A program made the position numbers and the translations under genes. A model generated the notes under the pieces. It saw nothing but the letters and a program-made list of their open reading frames with translations. It had not been told where the DNA came from and searched no databases. Of a stretch of DNA of 64,000 nucleotides, positions 26,181-37,346 are shown in pieces (the first letter of the stretch is position 1; every line of letters starts with the position of its first letter). The stretch comes from Pseudovirgaria hyperparasitica (lineage: Eukaryota): the NCBI GenBank assembly GCA_010093815.1, contig ML996572.1. One strand, 5' to 3'.

Positions 26181-26270
26181 CAATCAAATACAATCAAATA
26201 CAATCAAATACAATCAAATACAATCAAATACAATCAAATACAATCAAATACAATCAAATACAATCAAATA
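26181..26270. repeat. (CAATCAAATA)x9 decamer minisatellite
   Basis: Nine perfect head-to-tail copies directly abutting the CATA array. Confidence 0.97.
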
Positions 26271-27215
26271 AGAATAGCTATCTAGCCATTCACCTACGTA
26301 CCTGTTCCTCGGACACATATATGCCGTTTCTGAGTCTCAGTCTTGTGTTATATCTCAATCTACACCGAAGTGTCGTGTTCATTGTTCATACGACTTCCTT
26401 GCTGTATCTACATGTGCACATGTATGCGTGTAGATGCACTTTGATCTCCGAGCAGGACAGGTGCGTATGGGGCGATTCATGTATGGTGTATGGTGCGTGG
26501 CGCCCGGTGTATGGTTTGTATCAATCAATGATTTCCTCAAGTCTGGTAGGGTGGGTGTAATGTATGCATGAGCCACTGCAAGTAACAGAGAATATCAGAG
26601 AGTGCAGATCCCACCTCCCCCGTTCCTCTTGAATTACCGAACCATGTAAACACACCACATCAACCTCCCAACTCTCCATAACCAGTTATAGCATAGACCA
26701 CCACCAAGATAAAACCACGAGTATAGCGAGACAGTCCACGGGCAGCGAAAGCTAGATACTAACAAAGACTGTACCAAGACTGCCTACACCAAAATTACCC
26801 CCAAAAGAAAGGGCTACTATTAAATCGTTGGCTAGAATTCGATATGGTTTCCACAGTTGTTGTTGTGGTGGAAGGACGATGCAAAAGGGGCTTTGTTACC
26901 AGTTGGTGGTAGAGTATATGATGAGAAAAAGAGTAACGAGGGAGGAGGATAACTTATAGTACGAAGAGCGACGAAAGGAGGAGGGTGGTAGGATTACCTG
27001 GGAAGCTTTGTTGGGCGTAGAAGATGCACGGTTGGTCCATGTGCTATGTGTGAGTGTAAGGTGAGGATGGGGGCGGAGATAATAGAGCGTTAGACGGGGC
27101 AGATATTGGAGATTGCAGACATGCAGCAGATTGAAAAAGCCGGGTGGCAAGGAAGCTGGCATACTGATTGAATTTGTACAGTAGTACCTGACTACCATTC
27201 ATTTATCAACGCCTC

Positions 27216-29114
27216 TCACCCCTGGCCCTCAACGAGCCGCCTCGTCATATCCTCCTGCACCCAGCCCTCGATCCTCGCCGCAACATCACCCACAAGCTGC
27301 TCATATGTAGCACTCAGGAAGAACAGCCCGCAATGGGCACCCACTTCGTCCACACCTTCCATGTACACGCGCACCCAGGTCGGATCGACCTTGCCGTACT
27401 GGTCTTTCGACGGCAGCATGCAGAATTTCCGGTCCCGCTTGGGTTTCTTGGGCGTATCGTCAGATGGAGGAGTCTCGCGTGACTGAGCGTCTGTATCGGT
27501 GCTGCGCATGGAAGGGGTTGAAGCAAGGGTGTTTTGCAGATTTGTGGAGCTGTCGTTCTCGTCGACGTAGCTGTCTTGGAAGCCGTCGTAGCTTGTTGTG
27601 TTGGTGATGGGTTGACCGATGACGCGTGCGTGTGGACTGCCATCATCATCGTCGTCGTCATTGTGTTCTGTTGCGACTTGGCTTTCAGAGCTGGTGGGTA
27701 TCGTGGCTTCGCTGACTTTGCGTTGCTCGCGTGCATCGCATCTCAGGGCTTCTTCCAGCTCTTTTCGCTCCGCAAGCGCGATTTCATGATCTTCAAGAAG
27801 TTGTTTGTACCTATTGACTTCACGCTCGTGTGTCTTTCTGGCAAAGTTCAACACACTTGGGTTTGGGTACGCTGACGGGTCGAATGGTGCTGGTTCCACC
27901 GGAGCAGGCGGGACGGCAGGGAGACTGGCGAGGAACTCCTCTTCCTCATCCTTCCGTAATGTATCCGTAATAGTAACCTGCTGCGTCTGAGAGGCTAGAT
28001 CATATGTACTATCTGCGGCCGCAATTTTCGCAACACTGCCTTCCCTGTGCTCCTCGTTTGACATGGTAGGACCTTCAGGTTTCGGTGGCTTGGGTTTCTT
28101 AGGTCTTCCTGTGCTCGCCGTATAGTAATTGACAAAGCGCACACGCGGAGGTGTCCCCGGAGTGCGCATCATAGTCTTCCGCTTGGCCGGGTCGTCTTCG
28201 TCCAAGGGCCGCATGCTCTGATATCGCTTCTTCAGGGTGGAATAATCGGCCATGGCGCCACCAAATTCGAGATGCGATGCTACATACTGCCTGCCTCCTT
28301 TAAGAATGTGCTTTCTATGTTTGTTCAGGAAATGCAAGGTACCCTCCCAGCCCTTTCTGACAGGCAGATTGACGTCGTTCCCAAAAGCGGGATTATAACC
28401 TGGATCTTGAGGGGGTCTAAACAAAGTGTCTGCTCTACCTGGCGTGCCCAGCGCTTCTGTCTCAGATATTGCCCCTTCCTTTGTCGATTTGTCGGCTGGA
28501 TTGAAAAGGCTCGCCAGCCCGCTTGAGATTACACCTGGATGCATACCCAAGAACGGCACGTCAAAGTTGATGGATCCGAGTATGCGGTGACGGAAGACAC
28601 TGGCGAAGTGTGGGGACTGCGTTGGTATGAGGATTACTTCCGCAGACAGGAGCCCTCCCATAGAGTGCCCGAGCAGAATCACATCTGTGTTTGGGTGTTC
28701 GTGCGGCGTGAGCCTGCAGCAAACGTCAGCACAGTCCATATCTGCAAGAGTATGCTTCTACCAAGCACTAAAGTCATCGCGAGCGAATTCAATTGCCCGG
28801 CGTGTCCTGTATTTTGGATATATTTTTGTATGTACGGTATGGGTGTCAGCCAGGGAGATTTTCACTAGGTTGTGGACGTGAGCCGGGAAGCTTTGAAAGC
28901 TTGTCTCGTCGCCTTGGAAGCCATGTATATAGACGAGAAGTAGTCTTCGCCTATGTTGACCGGCAGGGGCATCTTCTGGGAGGAGTGACTGGGTCGAGGA
29001 TGTTCTGGGATCGTGCGATTCGAGGTTCGAATGGGGATAGGGAGTGTACGGAGGAGGAGCATCTAATGGTGTGCTGTCCCGTGGAGGCAGCGGAGGCATA
29101 TTGGTACCGGCCAT
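27216..29114 (-). CDS. Alpha/beta-hydrolase (DUF676/PGAP1-like putative lipase/serine esterase), 2 exons
   Basis: Exon 1 (29114-28762) has LLLVYIHGFQGDETSF. Intron 28761..28714. Exon 2 has the nucleophile elbow LLGHSMGG, FDVPFLGMHPG and C-terminal MEGVDEVGAHCGLF. Confidence 0.88.
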
Positions 29115-32100
29115 GATGTAGGCTTGGTTGGACGTGAAGCGCTAGGGTGGTCAATGGAGGAAGTTTATGGTCAGAAGCGCTCAAATTCCAGCCGCTCAAG
29201 AGGAGTTGACGGAGCTGTAAATGAATGCGAGGTGTTATGAAGATTGTACGAGCACGAAGGTAAGGCGCATGAAGAACAGTGGGCACTGCGCAGTCAGAGA
29301 CATTTGGATGGTTTGTCGCGATGTTGAGCTACATTGTGTATGCGTGAAGAGGGGTGAATGGACGCGTGTATTTTCTAAATAGCCTGCCGTATTCGTGGTG
29401 ACTTATCCTGCAACCTGTATTATACGCCACATGCCACCATGCGAGATTGCGTAGGCCAAGCATGTGGCTGTGCATCGCCACAGCATATCCTCCCTCCACG
29501 TGTGTGCCTCAGAATGATTTTTCTCGAGGTGGGTTTGCAGGATAGGTAATATTTCCGAGAGCATTCTATCTAAATTGAATACGGAAGGCGATCTGTGCTG
29601 GCTCACCGTAACACCTTGTCCTATGAAGGACATGCAGGATGCAGTGCAAAGTGTCGTAGGGCGTGCGCCGATACGTGCATGCATGTCTGAATGTCATCGT
29701 GCCAAAAGGGTGAGAGTCAGTCAGTTGGACGATGAAATAGATATATTGGCATAGCGTGATCCGATGGCGACATAGGACCGACAGGATCAATACATAGCTA
29801 TCCAACGTTATACATTCAATACTATGTACGATTGTTGTTGAGCTTTCGGAAGACTCTGAAGAATGGTAGGTTTATTCCCATCCTAATAGTGCTGTATCCC
29901 GAGTCGCGAAGATACAGGCCGCCCGGTACCGGTACTTAATAGTACGTGTTACCTATCAGCCCAGCCAAGTGGGACTAGCGCGCGACATGGGTAAGGCCAT
30001 ACCCTAGTTAGGTAGCAGCTAACAGATATAGATGATGGTAAGAGTGGTAGGGCAACAGAAGGCGACAAAAGGCGCGAAGAAGTTGGATCAACAGTCGGAG
30101 CTGTTCCTTGGCGGTCAGTTTAAAGCTGCTCACCTGCTAATTACCTATTAGCTGGGAAGTATGTTGGGTCAGCATAAAGCATGTCCATGCTGTGCTTCAG
30201 TGCTTCATTCTATGTCACCAAGATCATGATACCTTAGCCGGGGAATGTAGTCAGACATACAGTAGCACAAGCTCGACGCCTTGTTGGAAGCGGCAGGTGC
30301 TTGTTTCGTGAGATGAACGGACAAGGATTCGGCGGGGGCTTTCCGTTTAGCGCGTCTGTTTTCCGAAGCCTGCGCCTGTTCGCTTCTACCTGGAGCACTT
30401 GGGACTCCCTTGCTTGCTACCTGGTTACATGGACTCCAAGACAATCTCCGAAGTCAAGCCTGGCGAATCAGAGGGCAGGACATGCAACAACGACGGTTCA
30501 GCCCGTTATTTATCTTGTCGCAAACATCGAGGAAGAGTGGAATAGCATCGATGTTCCCAGCAAAGGAGTCAGAACCAGAGCCGAAGAGAAGGAGTCATTT
30601 GCAGGTGGGTATGCGCTGGTCAGGCAGCATTCCAAGGTTTTTCGCCTTACACCTGGCAGAGTCAGACTACCACGACGCAATGGAACACGGCAGCACTGCT
30701 TGCAGACGCGGACTCAGTTGCATGCATGCCGCACCTCCACCACCGCCTTGTTGGTGTGCTGTTGCTTGTTGTTGTTGATGCATCAGTGTCATGTAACACA
30801 TCATTCTTCTGATCGAGCAGTCAGCAAGGCAGAAGACATGGTGTAGACGAGGAAGGGCAGCGCAGTAGGTAACTACGTATCGGCTGTGACTTGCATTTAG
30901 AGAACGATGAACGAGCGTTGGGTCAAACTTTGGTTCGGTCTTTGTTCCTGCATCGGTGTGTGAGGTGTGTGAGCTGTGAGCTGGGTGCAGTGTGGTTCGG
31001 GTGCGGCTCGATGCAGGACGACCAGGGGCTAGAGGTAATACATAGTACGACAGACTGACCAGTCAGCTGACGGCTCTCCTCATCTTAGATCCTTAGACAT
31101 TTAGAGCTCATGTCATGGCCGTCTAGTGCAGATGGCAGGAATGTATGTTACTTGAGCAGGAATTTCTCATAGGACATAGAACGAACGCCTCGAAATCTCA
31201 GGATGGATGAATCACGACGCGAGCATTAATACAGCAATTACGATGATTACACCAAATACAATGATTACAGTAATATTTGCCTTGCTAGCCTGGATACGCG
31301 ACGGGTCAATAATCTCGCACGGACCTATCGCAGTCAAGACTTTCAAGACTTTCAACCTCTTCAGCTTCTCAACACCTCAGGCCGCCATTTCCTGCTGTCT
31401 TATTCGCTGTCGCCAAACCACTAGTACCCAGCTAGGAAGTAGACTACCTGACACTACCTTACACCCTCCTTATTAGTAGCTACTTTAGATAGACTCCAAC
31501 GCTCTCAATTCTGGTCGCGCGTTTCGTGGTTCGTGGTTCGTGGGCTCCGAATGCCCCCCCAAAATGCCCCAAAGTGCCAACAAGCCCGCCCGCGCTCCTC
31601 TCTAAACGGGCATCCATTCCACTCCACACAATCCTCCACTAATACCGCTTTTATCTCTTTGCCGCAACACCTTCACCTCCACCTTCACCTTCAACCTTCA
31701 ACCTTACCTCTACCTCTACTTCCACCTCCACCTCGTCCTTTCTCTCGTCCCTGCGTTGGACTCTCCTAATTCTCAACTTCATCCGTCTCTCGCTCGCCGT
31801 GCGCTGCGTCTTCTCTCTTCTGTCTGTCCGTCTGTCTGTCTTCAAGTCTGCAGGTCGATCCTGGCACTCGCCTTCCACGTCTATCGCTCACCTTTGGTCC
31901 GCTGACCTGGTTCGAAAAGCGCAAACACATTCTTTAACTTGCTCTATAATCGCCCTCTCACGGATGCTGCATCAATCCTCTTTAGAGCCTGATGTGAGTA
32001 GTTGCCTATGGCTCCCCTTCCCATTCCTGATCAGGTCCCACCCGCTGATCTTGTAAATTCAACAGCCAGACTTCTGTCTACTGCCCGTCGCTCCTTCTCG

Positions 32101-32347
32101 ACAGGCGTCCATTCTTTTCAATCCACTTAGGATGACATTCGCTGCTTCACAGACTTCGTGACTCGTCAAATCATCACTTTCGCCATCGCTCTGCGCAGAT
32201 CGTCCGAACTCAAAACGCTCCTTATCCTTTGCGATTATCTACCGTGTTCGCACCCATCGAAATAATATTCTTCGACCAATCTCGCTTCACACATCGAGAA
32301 TATCTCATCACATCTCAACAATTGATATTCCTGGGGACTAAGGAGGG

Positions 32348-33787
32348 ATGGAGCCTCCGATGAAGCGGCAGAGGTTCTCCGAACTCGACGCGCGAGACAC
32401 CAATTCAGCCAGACTCCGCGCGCGCAATGACCAGAAACACTTTAGGAAGCGTCTATTGTCTCGTTTTCCTGCCGGTCAATCGAGCAGATTGCAGATCGCG
32501 AGAGATGAGTCTGAAGTACTCGACACGAAAATCAAACCCCGCAAGCCGGCTGTCGTAGTCGACGTTCAAACCGTCGACGTCAACAAGAACGTCGTGGTTG
32601 ACGCTGACGGCAATACCATCTCTGTTGATCTGCCCACCGTACCGGCTGTACCTCAATTCCCGACCGACTTCGTCGTTCCTTCGGTACCCCAGTATCCTAC
32701 AGTTGCCGTACCTTCAATGCCTCAAGTTCCACCCTACCCTTTCAATACTTTCGTCAACACTGCGGCCTCTCCAACGGCTGGTACCAGCGAAAATAATACG
32801 CAGTCAAACGATGTGACTGGTGCCGCATACAGTTCAAAGCTCTCTATGTCTTCGAGCACTACAGTGGTGACACCTACATCTCCATCGCAGACATCTAGCT
32901 ACATCAGCTCTGTTTCGGAGACGCCATCATTGAACAGCTCAACCACAGGAAGTTACCACTCGTCCACCATCACCACAACGTCATCCAGCGCATTGTTCAC
33001 CTCTGCCTCCTCCAGCTACTATGATACCACCATCGCTCCCAGTCTTGTTGGCGCTCCTGGTGGCTCCGTGACCTCAGCACCAGACACAGGTGGCAGTACG
33101 GACAATACCGAGACTGCTAGCACTCCTGTACTTGTGGGTGGCGTTGTTGGAGGAATAGCTGGTTTTGTTCTGCTTCTCGCAGCACTTTTGATAGCTCTTC
33201 GTTACATCAAGCAGAAACGCCGTGGAGGTGCAGTCCAGCTACACGAAGGCGACGGTGGGGACACCGGTCCACTCACTGCCATGTCTCAAAGACAAAGCTT
33301 CATGCCACCTGCCGCTGCCGCGTTCTTCAACAGATTCTCCGGAGCATCGAAGGAGACGGATGTCAGCACTGAACGTAGCTTCCAGCGTGTCTCAGGTCGT
33401 AAGCTTCCTTCTGCATTCAGCCCTGGTATGTCTATGGAACAGGCTCGCGATCTTCAGAGCTTGTCGCAAGGTTCCTACTATCGTGACAGTCAAGGCTTCT
33501 ACAGCGGATCCCCTGACACTGGACCGGGTGCGGCCGTCATTGGCTTATCCCCAGAGAAAGACAAAGAGATGATGATGCCGGGTCCGGCTCGAACGCCCGT
33601 CGTCCACGAGCCTCGGCACCCTCCTTATGGATTTGCTCCAGTCGGAGGAGCTGGCGCTCATACCAGTGGCACATCTACGCTCAGCCCGCCGTTGTCGCCG
33701 CACCCGTTCCCACGTGCAGGTACGCTTGGTCGCAGCCACCCATCACTCGACGGCTCGCGCGGCTCTAAATTTACCGAAGATGTATAA
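32348..33787 (+). CDS. Ser/Thr-rich single-pass membrane protein (Mid2-like architecture)
   Basis: 479-aa ORF with a Ser/Thr-rich region, a TM segment (VLVGGVVGGIAGFVLLLAALLIAL) followed by basic RYIKQKRR, and a cytoplasmic tail ERSFQRVSGRKLPS...SRGSKFTEDV. Confidence 0.85.
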   Translation: MEPPMKRQRFSELDARDTNSARLRARNDQKHFRKRLLSRFPAGQSSRLQIARDESEVLDTKIKPRKPAVVVDVQTVDVNKNVVVDADGNTISVDLPTVPAVPQFPTDFVVPSVPQYPTVAVPSMPQVPPYPFNTFVNTAASPTAGTSENNTQSNDVTGAAYSSKLSMSSSTTVVTPTSPSQTSSYISSVSETPSLNSSTTGSYHSSTITTTSSSALFTSASSSYYDTTIAPSLVGAPGGSVTSAPDTGGSTDNTETASTPVLVGGVVGGIAGFVLLLAALLIALRYIKQKRRGGAVQLHEGDGGDTGPLTAMSQRQSFMPPAAAAFFNRFSGASKETDVSTERSFQRVSGRKLPSAFSPGMSMEQARDLQSLSQGSYYRDSQGFYSGSPDTGPGAAVIGLSPEKDKEMMMPGPARTPVVHEPRHPPYGFAPVGGAGAHTSGTSTLSPPLSPHPFPRAGTLGRSHPSLDGSRGSKFTEDV

Positions 33788-34458
33788 TGATTTGACGTAT
33801 CAAGCCCCACACGGTGAGGGGGTATTCTGTTTCACAGCATCTGTGTTTGCTACTTCTTCTGCTGTCTATCGACGGCTATCTGTGGTTCTTTGATCTCGTT
33901 ACGACCAATTACGGCCTCACGACATTATACCTCGGACCTAACTGCCCATCTGCGCATCTGCTGTTGTCGGTATTCGTAATTAACATTGCACGCTTCGGAC
34001 GACCAGCCTCTCCACGTGCGGATCTTTTCTTTCCGGCACTTTTCACATCTTCGTTGTACAAATTTGGCTCCGAACAGTGACTTGTTTGAGCTCTTTCTCA
34101 CACATCATACCCCGCTTTGCATTCTTTCAGACCTGCACGGTCTGCCATCTTTGGAGAAATAGGACTACCAACATGCGTATCAGTGCATCCGAGAGGTGTC
34201 GCAGGTGATGGAAGTTATGTTTCCGCCACACCATAGCACCGAGTCGTGAAATGTGGTCGACTTTGCGCAGGAAATCGGGAGTGCCAGTGGAATTCAGAAG
34301 GCGAAGAAGTAGACGACGAAAATCAAAATATTAGGGCGCCAAATGACTACTTGAGCTTTGTAGTAGCATATTGCGTCGGATCAATCGATAACTTATCATC
34401 GATCAAATCAATCAATCAATCAAATATAACCCTTATCTTGCGTTATGGTGTCTTGTTG

Positions 34459-34534
<76 letters not shown>
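34459..34534. repeat. (GAT)n microsatellite, about 25 units
   Basis: Perfect trinucleotide tandem array in the intergenic region. Confidence 0.97.
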
Positions 34535-34535
<1 letters not shown>

Positions 34536-35314
34536 CGTTGAAGCATATGTACAATGTGCAGTGTATACATACAGTTCACGTTGTTGTTCGCCTAGAACGA
34601 TGTTGTGAAAGAGGAAGAAGGTCCGGTATTTTGATCATTCCAAACAGTAAAAACAAAAAGGGACTCTACCAGACTTCCTCTCACTATTGTTATACATATA
34701 TATATATATATATGTGTGTGTGTATCTATCACACTACGCCTTACCTAGAGAGACAGGCCAGTAGTGGTGCAAATCCATATGCAGGTACATTTAAAATGAT
34801 TAGACAATATTTTAAGCTACAGATTTAAGTCAAGAAGTATTTTAATAATATCTATGAGGAGCTATATCTAAACATATAGAGGATAATATAAGGTCTTGAG
34901 AATAAGAGAAGTATAGGTAACGTGTGATGCAGTGATGCAGTGATGCACGCACAACGCGTGCGAAGCGTTGCGCCAAAAAGACCAAGGTACGGACGGATGC
35001 GGGCACGCCACATGGATCCACTCGGCCGAGCCTGGCTGGCCCCTTTGCTTTTGGCTAGCTGGCTCGACAAGGGCTGGATTAGATGGACCGGATGGAGAGA
35101 CGGAAGGAATTGCCCGGCCCGCTTCCTGCATGCGTGCTCTTCTTGGCCGCCCCCTAAATCTGACCTTTCCCAAAACCTCGCGGCTTTTGTGCTTGGGGTA
35201 CGTACCGGGTATTTGTTGTACTGTTTCCCGCACGGCAAAGAAATGGGATGGTACGGGATGGATGGATATCTGTGGATTGTGCTTGTCGCCGTGTCACGGC
35301 TGATCGAGGCGCTG

Positions 35315-37346
35315 TCAGAGCGGCGCAAGCCCAACCAGTCCTCTCACATATGCAACGAGCGGCGGAATGACCGTAAGCACGACAAACAGGATGCCATAGA
35401 TGCTCATTGACAGCGATGCGAGCGCAGCAGCGCGCTTGTCCTTGTCGAGTAGCATCGCGACTGCAATCGCGGAGCTATTAGCGCCCAGGACGACGCCTTT
35501 CGTCACGTAGTCGTCTGGTTTTTTCTCGATGTTAGCGCTTTGTTTTCTATCATATATTGAACTGAATGGAAGGGGTAAGGAATGTTTAGGGGAACTGTGA
35601 TGAGGGGACGGAGGAGGCGGAGGCGAAAGGAAGAAAGCAAGGAAGGAAGGCGACAAAACACGTACCCTGTGGAATCCGCAGTAGCCACAGCAACGTGGGC
35701 CCGAAAATGGGCCCCGAGATCCCGCCGACGACGACGATGGGCGAGATGGCGTTCATGTCGGCGCCCAGGTTTCTGGCGGAGACTTGTGCGAGTGAAAGTG
35801 GGACGGAGCGAGGGGCGAAGGCGAGGGCGCGCGCAGGGGAGAGGCCGATTGCGTGGCAGACGATGGGGTAGATGAAGAGGGAGGGCAGGGCGAGTGCGAG
35901 GTTGGGGATGAATATGGCGACGAACTGCACAGGATGGAATCAGAGATGGATTCATATGGGTGGTGGGAAGTGATAGGAGACTTACGAAGTACCAGAGTTC
36001 GCGGCGGTATTGGTACATGGGCATGGCCAGGGCGACGATGCTGGCGTCGAGCATGCTGGACAGGATGTCGCCGGCGCCGGGGAGTGGCAGACCTTTTTCG
36101 CCTCTGAAGTATCTGGTCTACAGGTCAGTGATCGACGTCTGGCATGGTTGACAAGGAAATCGCACCGTATGTATGATGTATTTGTCTTATAATCTCTCAG
36201 GCCATCTTGAAGGGAACGCTGTTTCGTCAACAAGATGACCCATGACAGCAGCACGACCAGCAACGCAGTAACGAGCACCGGATGTGCTACGCGCTGGATC
36301 TTCTGCGAAGGGCATCAGTAACTTCTCAAGTTGGTGTCAAGATGGAAGGAAGACATACCTTTGGAACAGCATTCGCCATCAAAAAGCAAAGCACCGTCAG
36401 CGACAGGAAGATCGGCATCGTATATCCTGTCGCATAGTAGATGGGTATGCCGATAAACACAAAGAAGAACAGGTACGCCCATGTATGCACCTCCCAGCCC
36501 TTCACAAAGTCCAACATCACCTGTGCTAAAGACTTATCTCGTGATCGCATCCGCGCGAGACACGTACGATGGACCTTCCCCTTCTCACCCTTCTCCACAC
36601 TAAGCTCCCTCGAAGCTTGAGAACCCAGCTCACTCAACATAGGCGCTTGACTCGACTCACTAGCCCTCTTCTCTTCGTCCTCGGCCATGCGCTCAGATAC
36701 AGTGTCGTGCTCATGCACTGGCAGAGAGTCTTGAGTCTCAGACTCAGCCTCATCTTCAGTCGCCACAAATTCGCTTCGTCGCACCTTTTTCATGCCAAGC
36801 TGCAACAGCCGTGAGGTATATGCCGTGACAACATACTGCGCCACATACCCGACGATGAAGACGACAATCATCTTGCCGACTTCACCACCGCTAATGGCAG
36901 GGCTGAGCGGTAAGAGGATAAATGAAGATGTGAAGTACAGATTCATAGTCCTAAGACAGAAACCGGTGCCGATATCAATGACAGCGAGGACCTAGTACTG
37001 TTAGTCTGGCGGTGATTTGACTTGCGGGCAAGGGGAGGGTACCTTTTCCATCCATGGCTTGGGAAGGACCACGTCAAGGAACATGATCCCGAACCACAGT
37101 ATGAGAAGGCCAGCGACACTAGATGGGAAAACGGTGTTTCCCAGTCTAATGAGGGCATCTAGGGCGACGACGTAGTAGAGCAATATCACGATACTCAAAG
37201 GGACTAATATCCATGGCTTGATGATGCGTGGCCATAGTGTCTCCTTCACCTTGGAAGGGGTAAGCATTGAACACACAATTAAGGTGGGATACACGTACAA
37301 ATTTCTGCCTCATATCTTTTATCGACTGCCCTGTGGTAACTGCCAT
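35315..37346 (-). CDS. LrgA/LrgB (CidA/CidB)-like fused membrane protein, about 7 exons
   Basis: Hand-spliced product includes FPSSVAGLLILW, MNLYFTSSFILLPLSP, HPVLVT, PGAGDILSSMLDASIVALAMPMYQYR, LAFAPRSVPLSLA and DDYVTKGVVLGANSSAIA, as in the fungal LrgB family. The introns join in frame. Confidence 0.88.

Noticed and set aside
25954..26271. ORFs of HTYI/MYVC repeats, and a possible CRISPR-like reading of the decamer array
   Set aside because: These are translations of microsatellites. The repeats are head-to-tail with no unique spacers, and the genome is eukaryotic.
34445..34828. Poly-Asp ORF
   Set aside because: Produced by the intergenic (GAT)n microsatellite; the rest is not protein-like.
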